Below the pieces are notes generated by a model that saw only the letters and a program-made list of their open reading frames with translations, was not told the origin of the DNA and ran no database searches. Of a DNA stretch of 56,951 bases, positions 1 to 8,481 are shown piece by piece (the stretch's first letter is position 1; each line of letters begins with the position of its first letter). The position numbers were made by a program, and so were the translations under genes. The DNA comes from an uncultured Planctomycetia bacterium (GTDB taxonomy: Bacteria; Omnitrophota; Gorgyraeia; Gorgyraeales; Gorgyraeaceae): assembly GCA_964566255.1 (NCBI GenBank), contig CAZMID010000007.1, positions 1 to 56,951 on the forward strand. Reading direction: 5' to 3'.

Positions 1-55
1 GAGCAGGGCTTTCGTAAAGCTCAGGTCGGAGGTTCAAATCCTCTCATCGGCTCCA
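1..55 (+). tRNA. tRNA-Thr(CGU), 3' part only (5' end cut by window edge)
   Basis: Anticodon arm gggct-ttCGTaa-agctc, T arm ggagg-ttcaaat-cctct, acceptor 3' strand catcggc + t + CCA ending at nt 55. Confidence 0.75.
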
Positions 56-69
56 AGAGAATTTATTTA

Positions 70-1320
70 ATGGCAAAACTCAGAGATCTCTTAAAAGATA
101 AAAATTTTTCACTACTTTGGTTTTCCCAAATAATATCTAATTTTGGAGATAGACTTAATCACATGGCCTTGATAGGCCTTATTTATGCGCGCACCCCTGG
201 TTCTACCATAGAGCTTGCAAAATTACTTTCCTTTACAATTCTTCCAGTTTTTCTTATAAGTCCATTTGCAGGAATATATGTTGATAGATGGAACAGAAAA
301 TACACCATGATAATTTGTGATTTATTAAGAGGGCTTCTGGTGTTATTAATACCCTTTGCGACTATATATTCTAAAAGTATGGTACCTATCTATATCCTTG
401 TATTTATTACTTTTTCTGTTACAAGGTTTTTCCTACCATCAAAACTTTCTATAATACCTGATATTGTAGATAGAGATAGGCTCCTTCTTGCAAATTCTTT
501 AACTTCTACCACTATGATGATAGCTACAATAGTAGGATTTGGCTTTGGAGGAATAATAGTGGCATATCTTGGAGCAAAGGGTGGATTTTATGTAGATTCA
601 GTAACGTATTTTATATCTGCTTTGATGGTTTCTTTTGTGGTAATGAAGATTAAAGGAATAAAAGGCATATCTGCTCCTAGAACAAAACTAAAGAAACTCA
701 TAAAAAAGACGGTTTTAGGGGATATAAAAGAAGGGTTCTTGTATCTTAAGAACCATAAAGATATAAGAATGGTTGCATCCACGATGTTTCTTCTTATGGC
801 AGGGGTGGGGTCTATTTACATTATAATAATAGTTTTTGTACAAGAAGCATTGGGTTCTTCGACTCAGCATATAGGGCTTTTGGCAATGTGTTTAGGATGT
901 GGATTATTTTTAGGATCTTTGGTATATGGTAGGTTTGGTACTAAGCTTTGTAAAAAGAAAGTAATAAATTGGGGACTATGTACTACAGGGTTAGTTATCG
1001 TTATGTTTGCTGTAGGACTTAAGACATGGCCACATTTTCTTGCGGCAGGGATATTATCAGCCATACTAGGTCTATCTGCAGCCCCTATAGTTGTTTCTTC
1101 TAATACGCTTCTTCATGAGGCAATGGTAGATAAGATGAGGGGACGGATTTTTAGTTCTTTAGATATAATAATGCATGTAGGATTTCTTATGTTTATGATT
1201 TTAACGTCTCTTGTTGCAGAAAGAATAGATAAGGCTTATATTCTTATAGGCGTAGGTTTGATATTTTTTGTAATAGGAGTTATGAAAGTAGTAGGAGGAG
1301 CGATAAAAAGGCGAGATTAA
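70..1320 (+). CDS. MFS-type transporter
   Basis: 416-aa ORF, hydrophobic throughout with about 12 helix-length segments; N-terminal FSLLWFSQIISNFGDRL and loop GIYVDRWNRK resemble major-facilitator (EntS/macrolide-efflux-like) proteins. Confidence 0.7.
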   Translation: MAKLRDLLKDKNFSLLWFSQIISNFGDRLNHMALIGLIYARTPGSTIELAKLLSFTILPVFLISPFAGIYVDRWNRKYTMIICDLLRGLLVLLIPFATIYSKSMVPIYILVFITFSVTRFFLPSKLSIIPDIVDRDRLLLANSLTSTTMMIATIVGFGFGGIIVAYLGAKGGFYVDSVTYFISALMVSFVVMKIKGIKGISAPRTKLKKLIKKTVLGDIKEGFLYLKNHKDIRMVASTMFLLMAGVGSIYIIIIVFVQEALGSSTQHIGLLAMCLGCGLFLGSLVYGRFGTKLCKKKVINWGLCTTGLVIVMFAVGLKTWPHFLAAGILSAILGLSAAPIVVSSNTLLHEAMVDKMRGRIFSSLDIIMHVGFLMFMILTSLVAERIDKAYILIGVGLIFFVIGVMKVVGGAIKRRD

Positions 1321-1323
1321 GAT

Positions 1324-1485
1324 TTATTTTTCTTTGTCTTTATTGATTTTTTGACATTCTTTATGATAATTACATCTGGGACAACAGATATCTTCTTCCC
1401 CCTTCTCACCTCTATACCACTTAGTATCACAGGTCCAGTATATTTGACAAGTCGTACAGCAATATCCGAAATCCCCAACACCCAT
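1324..1485 (-). CDS. unannotated 53-aa cysteine-rich protein (two CCxxCx5C motifs; putative metal-binding)
   Basis: Below the 60-aa cutoff of the ORF track. My minus-strand translation: MGVGDFGYCCTTCQIYWTCDTKWYRGEKGEEDICCPRCNYHKECQKINKDKEK. ATG at 1485-1483 preceded by AAGAGGTG with 7-nt spacing; stop at 1326-1324. Confidence 0.5.
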   Translation of the reverse strand: MGVGDFGYCCTTCQIYWTCDTKWYRGEKGEEDICCPRCNYHKECQKINKDKEK

Positions 1486-1528
1486 AGTGATTCACCTCTT
1501 ACTTTAAAGTATACGTTAATTTAAAAAG

Positions 1529-1557
1529 TTGTCAAGGAAGCTACAGTTTTGTATAAT
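1529..1557 (+). promoter_or_regulatory. sigma70-type promoter of the rnf operon
   Basis: TTGTCA (1529-1534), 17-nt spacer ending in TG, TATAAT (1552-1557); only 11 nt before the rnfC ATG (1569) and no Shine-Dalgarno in between. Confidence 0.55.
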
Positions 1558-1568
1558 AATATAAGTCT

Positions 1569-2855
1569 ATGTCTATAGTAAACTTTATCCATCCACCTGA
1601 ATTCAAAGAATCAACGAAAGATAAGAAGATAGAAAGACCTCCTTTACCTAAAAAGGTAAAACTTCTTTTATCTCAACATATAGGTGCTCCTTCAGAACCT
1701 GTTGTTAAAGTAGGAGATATTGTACAGACCGGCACCCTTATTGCTAAATCAAAAGGTTTTATATCAAGCAACCTTCACTCCAGCATATCCGGGAAAATTA
1801 CTCTAATAGACGGAAATATTTCAATAGAATCTGATGGCCAGGATTCTAAGGCATTTTCAGATTCAGGTAAAAATATATCTAATCTATCTAGAGGGGAGAT
1901 TATCTCTCTTATTAAAGATGCAGGCATTGTTGGACTTGGAGGTGCAGGGTTTCCTACGCATGTAAAATTAGGCCCTCCTATAGGGAAAAAGATAGATACG
2001 CTTGTTATAAATGGAGCAGAGTGTGAGCCGTTTCTTACATGCGACCATCGCCTTATGCTGGAAAAATCTAGAGAGATAGTCCAGGGGATTTATTTACTTA
2101 CAAAGGTGTTAGGCGTAAAAGATGTAATAATAGGAATAGAAGAAAATAAAATGGATGCGATAGAAAGTTTTGGAAGTGCCTTATTTAGAGGGGAAGATGC
2201 AGGATGTAGACTGCGTATAAAAAAGTTAAAGACAAGATATCCTCAAGGAGGAGAAAAACAGCTTATCAAGACACTTTTAAATAGAGAAGTTCCTTCTTTA
2301 GGTCTTCCGCTTGATATAGGATGCGTTGTACATAATGTTCATACAGTTTTTAGTATATATGAAGCAGTGTATTTTGGAAAACCATTGTATGAAAGGGTTG
2401 TTACTGTTACCGGAAATCTTTTAAAAGAACCAAAGAATCTTCTTGTAAAAATAGGCACTCCTATAAAGGATTTACTGGAATTCTGCGGACTTGATTTTAA
2501 GAAAGATATTCATAAGATTATTATGGGTGGGCCTATGACGGGAATAGCCCAATGCGATATAGATGCACCTATAGTAAAAACTACATCAGGAATTTTAGTT
2601 TTGGATAAAAGATTTAAAATTGGTCAGGAACTTGATTGTATAAGATGTTCAAAGTGTATTGAGGCATGTCCTGCAGGTCTTATGCCGTGCATGATTGCAA
2701 TAGGAGCTAAGAACAATAGATTTGATATTATAGATTCTTATGATCCACTTGATTGTATTGAGTGTGGTTCGTGTGGTTATGTATGCCCATCGAATATACC
2801 ACTGGTACAATTTATAAAATTAGCAAAATCAAATACTCAAAAGGCCAAAAAATGA
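1569..2855 (+). CDS. rnfC: Rnf electron-transport complex subunit C
   Basis: 428 aa; GLGGAGFPTHVK nucleotide/FMN-binding motif; two ferredoxin motifs CIRCSKCIEACP and CIECGSCGYVCP; first gene of rnf cluster. Confidence 0.9.
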   Translation: MSIVNFIHPPEFKESTKDKKIERPPLPKKVKLLLSQHIGAPSEPVVKVGDIVQTGTLIAKSKGFISSNLHSSISGKITLIDGNISIESDGQDSKAFSDSGKNISNLSRGEIISLIKDAGIVGLGGAGFPTHVKLGPPIGKKIDTLVINGAECEPFLTCDHRLMLEKSREIVQGIYLLTKVLGVKDVIIGIEENKMDAIESFGSALFRGEDAGCRLRIKKLKTRYPQGGEKQLIKTLLNREVPSLGLPLDIGCVVHNVHTVFSIYEAVYFGKPLYERVVTVTGNLLKEPKNLLVKIGTPIKDLLEFCGLDFKKDIHKIIMGGPMTGIAQCDIDAPIVKTTSGILVLDKRFKIGQELDCIRCSKCIEACPAGLMPCMIAIGAKNNRFDIIDSYDPLDCIECGSCGYVCPSNIPLVQFIKLAKSNTQKAKK

Positions 2856-3379
2856 ATAATATATTAAGGTTTGTAATGGTGTTATTTCTTGTGAATCTTG
2901 CAGCTGCATCTATTCTTGCAGGTGTGTACAATATTACAAAGCCTAAAATAGAATATCAGGAAAAAATACTAAAGGAAAATGCCTTAAAAGAGGTAATGCC
3001 TAAAAAGATAGGAGATAGCTTTGAACCTGTCGAAAAAGATGGAAATATAAAATACTGGAAGGTTTTTAAGAGTGGCAAGTTAAACGGTTATATATTTATT
3101 GCAAAAAAATATGGTTATTCAAGCGATATAGAAACAATGGTAGGGATAAAAAAAGATGGTACTATTACTGGGATAAAGGTGATTAACCAGAATGAGACCC
3201 CGGGTCTGGGTGCAAAGATAGCAGAAACTTCTTTTATGGAACAGTTTAATGGCATGGATGTAAGGGATGTAGAGCTTTCTGAAGATAAAGTACATGCTAT
3301 AACAGGTGCTACTATTTCCAGTAAGGCAGTTGTAGATTCAATAAAGAGAGAAGGATTAAAGGTATTAAATGCTAAATAA
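2852..3379 (+). CDS. rnfG: Rnf complex subunit G (FMN-binding)
   Basis: Start moved to ATG 2852 (ATGA overlap with rnfC stop; MNNILRF...). N-terminal TM helix; FMN_bind-type motif ITGATISS. Confidence 0.8.
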   Translation: MNNILRFVMVLFLVNLAAASILAGVYNITKPKIEYQEKILKENALKEVMPKKIGDSFEPVEKDGNIKYWKVFKSGKLNGYIFIAKKYGYSSDIETMVGIKKDGTITGIKVINQNETPGLGAKIAETSFMEQFNGMDVRDVELSEDKVHAITGATISSKAVVDSIKREGLKVLNAK

Positions 3380-4313
3380 TAATCTTACAGTTTCAGCTGC
3401 ACCGCATATTTCATCAGGCCGATCTACTAAAAGTATTATGTATTTGGTAATTCTGTCGCTTTTACCAGCGGGCCTTGCAGGTATTTATATATTTGGTTTA
3501 GGTAGTTTAAAGGTAATAGCCATATGTATTGTTTCATGTATTCTATGTGAATATTTATTTTTAAAATTCAGAAACAAAGATGCAAGACTTGCTTTAGATG
3601 GTAGTGCAATACTTACAGGACTACTTCTTGCATATAATCTTCCACCAGAAATGCCTATTTGGATTCTTATTATAGGAAGTGCTGTAAGCATCATCATTGG
3701 AAAACAGATCTTCGGTGGTCTAGGGCATAATATATTTAATCCTGCACTTGTAGGAAGGGTATTTTTGCAGATCTCTTGGCCTGTTTACATGACTACATGG
3801 AAAAATCCTAGATGGGTTCCTGACGCTATATCTAGTGCAACACCGCTTGCAAAAGAGGCATCAACTAATTTTAGCTATATGGATCTTTTCTTAGGGAATC
3901 ACGGAGGATGTATAGGAGAGGTCTGTATTTTAGCCCTTTTAGTAGGCGCAGCATTTTTGATATTTACTAAAATCATATCTTTTCATATTCCTTTAAGTTT
4001 TATAGGGACTACTTTATTTATTACATGGATTTTTGGAGGGGATGGATTTTTAAAAGGTGATTTATTATTTAATTTACTTACAGGGGGGCTTGTATTAGGC
4101 GCATTTTTTATGGCTACCGACTATGTAACGAGACCTCTTACAAAAAAAGGTAAAGTTATTTTTGGCATAGGATGCGGGATTTTAACTGTTTTAATTAGAC
4201 TTAGAGGTAGTTATCCAGAAGGTGTTTCATATGCAATACTTTTTATGAATGCTATGGTTCCATTGATAGATAGATATACAAAAACCAAAAAATACGGAAC
4301 TATTAAGAAATAA
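3369..4313 (+). CDS. rnfD: Rnf complex subunit D
   Basis: 314-aa polytopic membrane protein; NqrB/RnfD-type motifs AISSATPLA (flavinylation-type S-x-A-T) and FFMATDYVT. Confidence 0.85.
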   Translation: MLNNNLTVSAAPHISSGRSTKSIMYLVILSLLPAGLAGIYIFGLGSLKVIAICIVSCILCEYLFLKFRNKDARLALDGSAILTGLLLAYNLPPEMPIWILIIGSAVSIIIGKQIFGGLGHNIFNPALVGRVFLQISWPVYMTTWKNPRWVPDAISSATPLAKEASTNFSYMDLFLGNHGGCIGEVCILALLVGAAFLIFTKIISFHIPLSFIGTTLFITWIFGGDGFLKGDLLFNLLTGGLVLGAFFMATDYVTRPLTKKGKVIFGIGCGILTVLIRLRGSYPEGVSYAILFMNAMVPLIDRYTKTKKYGTIKK

Positions 4314-4900
4314 TGAAAAAAATATTCCAAGAATTCAAAAAAGGAATTACTCAGGAAAATCCAATCTTTAGATTGGCGTTAGGACTTTGTCCAGCACTGG
4401 CAGTGTCTACAAGCGTTGTAAATGGATTTGGTATGGGTGTGGCAGCTACATTCGTACTTTTAGGGTCTAATATAATAGTTTCATCTATAAAGAATTTTAT
4501 ACCAAGTAAAATAAGAATCCCTTGTTTTATTGTTATAATAGCAACATTTGTGACTATAGTAGAACTTGTTATGAAGGCATATTTTCCAGCGCTGTCAAAA
4601 TCTCTTGGAATATTTGTGCCGCTTATTGTTGTAAACTGCATTGTCCTTGGTAGGGCAGAGGCCTTTGCCTCAAGGCATGGTGTAATGCGTTCAATCTTTG
4701 ACGGCTTAGGTATGGGAATGGGTTTTACAATAGCACTTGTTCTTATATCAGCTATTAGGGAAGTTTTAGGAAATGGCACAGTGCTAGGACTTGTGATTGT
4801 AAAAAGTTTTGAACCATCTCTTTTATTTATACTTGCACCAGGTGCACTTTTAGTGATTGGAATTTTGATAGGTGTTGTAAATTATCTGACGGAGAGATAA
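4313..4900 (+). CDS. rnfE: Rnf complex subunit E
   Basis: 195 aa; NPIFRLALGLCPALAVST and GLGMGMGFT are RnfE/NqrD-like; ATGA overlap with rnfD. Confidence 0.85.
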   Translation: MKKIFQEFKKGITQENPIFRLALGLCPALAVSTSVVNGFGMGVAATFVLLGSNIIVSSIKNFIPSKIRIPCFIVIIATFVTIVELVMKAYFPALSKSLGIFVPLIVVNCIVLGRAEAFASRHGVMRSIFDGLGMGMGFTIALVLISAIREVLGNGTVLGLVIVKSFEPSLLFILAPGALLVIGILIGVVNYLTER

Positions 4901-4902
4901 TT

Positions 4903-5511
4903 ATGGAATTTAACCAGCTTTTAATGATAGCAATAAGTGTAATATTTATAAATAACTTTATACTGTCTAAGTTTTTGGGACTTTGTCCTTTTATAGGCGT
5001 TTCAAAAGAGACTCGTTCTGCATTTTATATGGGTTTGGCAGTTACATTTGTTATGACAATGTCGTCTATTATCACGTGGGCGATATATAGCTTTTTATTA
5101 AAGCCGTTTCATATAGAATATCTGAGAACTTTGGCATTTATACTCGTAATAGCAAGTTTTGTACAGTTAATAGAGATGTTTATACAAAAATTCAGCCCTA
5201 CTTTATATAGAGTTTTTGGTATATACCTTGCTCTTATTACTACTAACTGTGCTGTATTTGGTGTGGCAGTTTTAAATAGTGAGATGTTTCTTAAATCAAC
5301 GGATAATTTTATTAAAAGCCTTATATTTTGTGTTACTCAAGGGTTTTGTGCAGGAATTGGATTTACAATAGTACTTCTTTTTATGTCAGGGATACGCGAA
5401 AGGTTAGAACTTTGTGATGTACCGCGATCCATGAAAGATATGCCAATAGCATTTATTGTAGCAGCCTTAATGTCTATGGCATTTATGGGATTTAGCGGTT
5501 TTAGATTTTAA
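4903..5511 (+). CDS. rnfA: Rnf complex subunit A
   Basis: 202 aa; LSKFLGLCPFIGVS and ITTNCAVFG are RnfA/NqrE-like. Confidence 0.85.
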   Translation: MEFNQLLMIAISVIFINNFILSKFLGLCPFIGVSKETRSAFYMGLAVTFVMTMSSIITWAIYSFLLKPFHIEYLRTLAFILVIASFVQLIEMFIQKFSPTLYRVFGIYLALITTNCAVFGVAVLNSEMFLKSTDNFIKSLIFCVTQGFCAGIGFTIVLLFMSGIRERLELCDVPRSMKDMPIAFIVAALMSMAFMGFSGFRF

Positions 5512-5513
5512 TT

Positions 5514-6299
5514 ATGTTAATACCTATTATTGCGATGTCGACAATGGGAGTAGTATTTGGATTAGGCCTGGCCTTTGCCTATAAGATTTTTAAGGTAGAA
5601 ATAGATCCAAAGGTAGAAAGTATTCTTTCTTTTTTACCAGGAGCAAATTGCGGTGCATGTGGAAGGGCAGGTTGTAGTGCTCTGGCAGAAGCGATTGCAA
5701 AAGGGGACGCAAAGCTTACAAAATGCCCTGTAGTAGGAGAAGAAGGTTATAATAAAATAGCTGAAATATTAGGAGTAGAAAAAACACTTGCTACGAAAAG
5801 AATTCCTCGCGTAAGGTGTGGCGGAGGAAATAAAGCAAAAGATAAATATATATATCAAGGCGTTGAGACATGTTCTGCCGCAACATTGCTTAAAGGTGGA
5901 CAGAAACTTTGTAATTTTGGATGTCTTGGTTTTGGAGATTGCGTAAAGGTATGTCCATTTGATGCTATTCATATGGGGGAAGACAATACCCCTTTTATCG
6001 ACGAGAAAAAGTGTACTGCATGTAGAAAGTGTATTACAGCGTGTCCTAAAAATATAATATCCTTGGAAGACGCAGAAAAAAAGTATTATGTTAAGTGTCT
6101 TTCACAGGATAAAATAATTTTTGTAAAAAAAGCTTGCCAGGTAGGGTGTATTGCGTGTAAAATTTGTGAGAAACTTTCGAAAGGCGCATTTGTCTTAGAA
6201 AACAACCTATCAAGGCTAGATTATAGTAAAGTAAATGATAAAACACCGATTAAATTATGTATTGAAAAATGCCCTACAAAGTGTATTGTAGAAGATTAA
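5514..6299 (+). CDS. rnfB: Rnf complex subunit B (polyferredoxin)
   Basis: 261 aa; N-terminal TM helix, CGACGRAGC cluster motif, several CxxCxxCxxxCP 4Fe-4S motifs. Confidence 0.85.
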   Translation: MLIPIIAMSTMGVVFGLGLAFAYKIFKVEIDPKVESILSFLPGANCGACGRAGCSALAEAIAKGDAKLTKCPVVGEEGYNKIAEILGVEKTLATKRIPRVRCGGGNKAKDKYIYQGVETCSAATLLKGGQKLCNFGCLGFGDCVKVCPFDAIHMGEDNTPFIDEKKCTACRKCITACPKNIISLEDAEKKYYVKCLSQDKIIFVKKACQVGCIACKICEKLSKGAFVLENNLSRLDYSKVNDKTPIKLCIEKCPTKCIVED

Positions 6300-6316
6300 A
6301 GTAGAAAGGAGAACGT

Positions 6317-6646
6317 ATGGCAGTGGGAACAGTAGAACTTACAAAAAATAATTTTAAAGAGGAAGTATTGGACTCATCTATACCTGTAATTGTGGATTTT
6401 TGGGCAACGTGGTGTATGCCATGTAAGATGCTTGCACCTATTGTTGAAGAAGTAAGTGAAGTCTATAAAGATAGATGTAGAGTTGCAAAATTGAATATCG
6501 ACGATGCCATGGAAATAGCCACAAGATTCGGTGTTATGAACATACCTACTATAATATTTTTTAAAGGTGGCCAGGAATTTACAAGAGTTGTAGGCGTGGT
6601 TTCGAAAGATACTATAGTTGAAAAGATAGAAGAGATGCTCATATAG
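6317..6646 (+). CDS. trxA: thioredoxin (active site WCMPC)
   Basis: 109 aa; VDFWATWCMPCKMLAP and NIPTIIFFKGG thioredoxin fold signatures; AGGAG RBS upstream. Confidence 0.85.
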   Translation: MAVGTVELTKNNFKEEVLDSSIPVIVDFWATWCMPCKMLAPIVEEVSEVYKDRCRVAKLNIDDAMEIATRFGVMNIPTIIFFKGGQEFTRVVGVVSKDTIVEKIEEMLI

Positions 6647-6654
6647 GAGGTTTA

Positions 6655-7254
6655 GTGAATATTGCTATATTCTGTTCAGGAAGCGGAACAAACTTACAAG
6701 CTATAATAGATGCTAAAAAATCTGGCACTATAAAAGGCGAAATAAAACTTGTCGTCTCAGACGTTCCGACTTGTTTTGCATTAAAAAGGGCAGAAAAAGC
6801 TAATATTAAAACCTTGGTGGTTGAAAGAAAGGATTTTAAATCAAAAAAGGAATTTGAAAACGAAATCTTAACTAATCTAAAAAAAGAAAATATAGATTTA
6901 ATAGCTCTTGCTGGTTATATGAGGATACTCTCAGGAGATCTTATAAATGCATATAAGAATAAGATTTTGAATATACATCCTGCACTTCTGCCTTCTTTTA
7001 AGGGAGCGCAAGGAATAAAGGATGCATTTTCAAGCGGAGTTAAGGTAACAGGACCTACAGTACATTTTGTGACAGAAGATATGGATGCCGGCCCTATAAT
7101 ATTACAATCTCCAGTTGTAATAAAAGAGGATGACACAGAAGAAACACTCACCGAGCGCATACATAAGGAAGAACATAAAATGTACCCAAAGGCTATACAG
7201 TTATTTATAGAAGGAAAGATTAAGCTAGAAGGGTCTAGGGTAAGGATTTTATAG
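6655..7254 (+). CDS. purN: phosphoribosylglycinamide formyltransferase
   Basis: 199 aa, GTG start after AGGAGG; GSGTNLQAII, NIHPALLPSFKG, DAGPII motifs. Confidence 0.9.
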   Translation: MNIAIFCSGSGTNLQAIIDAKKSGTIKGEIKLVVSDVPTCFALKRAEKANIKTLVVERKDFKSKKEFENEILTNLKKENIDLIALAGYMRILSGDLINAYKNKILNIHPALLPSFKGAQGIKDAFSSGVKVTGPTVHFVTEDMDAGPIILQSPVVIKEDDTEETLTERIHKEEHKMYPKAIQLFIEGKIKLEGSRVRIL

Positions 7255-8481
7255 TTTATTAAGAAGGACTTTTTTATTCCTACCAAATTTTTTAAGTTCA
7301 CTCTTTGATAAAAATACTTTTTTCCCATCAGGGGTTATATCTATAAGTTCAATTCCTTCAAAATCCTCAAATGAATATCTTCGGAAGATATTTTCACATA
7401 GTTTCATGATTTTTAAAAACGCCGTTTTTTTATCTTCATCTAAGGCTTTTATTGGGGAGAGAGAGAATCGGAATTGGAATATTTTATTGTCTATTGATCC
7501 TTGAGAATTCTGAATATTGAATTTTCCCTTTAGCTTTTTATCTTCTTGGGACAACATTGTAATCCTTCTTGTAATCTGTTGAGATAAAAACCATCCAAGT
7601 TCTAGTCCTTTTTTAGGTAGACCGTCTTTACCTATATAACCTCTATCTTTATAGCTGTCAAAACTTTCTTTTAGATTTCTTTGTCTTATCTCAGTGCCTG
7701 AATAAAAATATTTTGAGGCGATTTCCTGTAGGGGATTCGGAAATTTTGTAAGATTTAAAAGTATCAGGTATTCATTATCAAATCCCGAAGGGAATATACT
7801 TGTATACACATCAAGGCCAGGAAGAGGTTTGTAATATTCTTTTGTTTTTACATAGAAAAGGGATTCCTGAATAGAGATTTCTTTAGAGAGTATACTTTGA
7901 ACTTCTATTTTTTGAGTGTCTTTTTTACCAATTGTATATATTGGATAAAAAAGAGGTTTTAATTCCTCTACTAATGGGGAATTTTCATTTAACCCATTAA
8001 AGAGTTCTTTTATTTTTTCTTCTCCTGCAACAATAGGATTAAATCTAAAGTCTTTAAGAGTTCTTTTGTGGTATTCACCTCTGGAGATATCCAAAAGCCT
8101 TACCCGTATTACATCATAGACAAAAGCTGTTAACATGAACTCTGCACCAGGCGTATTTATATCTCTTGCTGTAAGGGTATAAAATTTTAAAGGCTCATCT
8201 GTGCTCATTGTAACCCTGTGTATTGAAAGAGCTGCATCTTCTATCTTGCTCGTAGCATCAGCATTAAGTTGCAAGTTATCATCAATGAGTTTTTCTATGG
8301 GTATAAAAACACCCAGTGTGCCTTCAATGATTTTTGCTTTTACATCAAGATCGTATTCTTCTTTACAGAGATCTATTACAGATTGTTCTACTTTTTCTTT
8401 TGGATAGGTTGCTTGAGTGCAGGCATATAGTGTTAATAGAAGGAGGGGTATAGCTAAAAATCTTAATGCCCGTGTATTCAT
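7249..8481 (-). CDS. putative lipoprotein, unknown function
   Basis: 410 aa; signal peptide with lipobox-like LTLYAC; 4-nt overlap with upstream FtsH-like gene (translational coupling). Confidence 0.45.
   Translation of the reverse strand: MNTRALRFLAIPLLLLTLYACTQATYPKEKVEQSVIDLCKEEYDLDVKAKIIEGTLGVFIPIEKLIDDNLQLNADATSKIEDAALSIHRVTMSTDEPLKFYTLTARDINTPGAEFMLTAFVYDVIRVRLLDISRGEYHKRTLKDFRFNPIVAGEEKIKELFNGLNENSPLVEELKPLFYPIYTIGKKDTQKIEVQSILSKEISIQESLFYVKTKEYYKPLPGLDVYTSIFPSGFDNEYLILLNLTKFPNPLQEIASKYFYSGTEIRQRNLKESFDSYKDRGYIGKDGLPKKGLELGWFLSQQITRRITMLSQEDKKLKGKFNIQNSQGSIDNKIFQFRFSLSPIKALDEDKKTAFLKIMKLCENIFRRYSFEDFEGIELIDITPDGKKVFLSKSELKKFGRNKKVLLNKL

Noticed and set aside
2762-2851. Upstream starts offered by the track for rnfG (2762), eno (10170), xseB (37436), the small membrane protein (29110), the orphan membrane protein (45152) and rny (33965)
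   Set aside because: The extensions overlap the preceding gene or a promoter and lack an RBS. Internal ATGs with good RBS or stop-start coupling reproduce the typical family N-termini.
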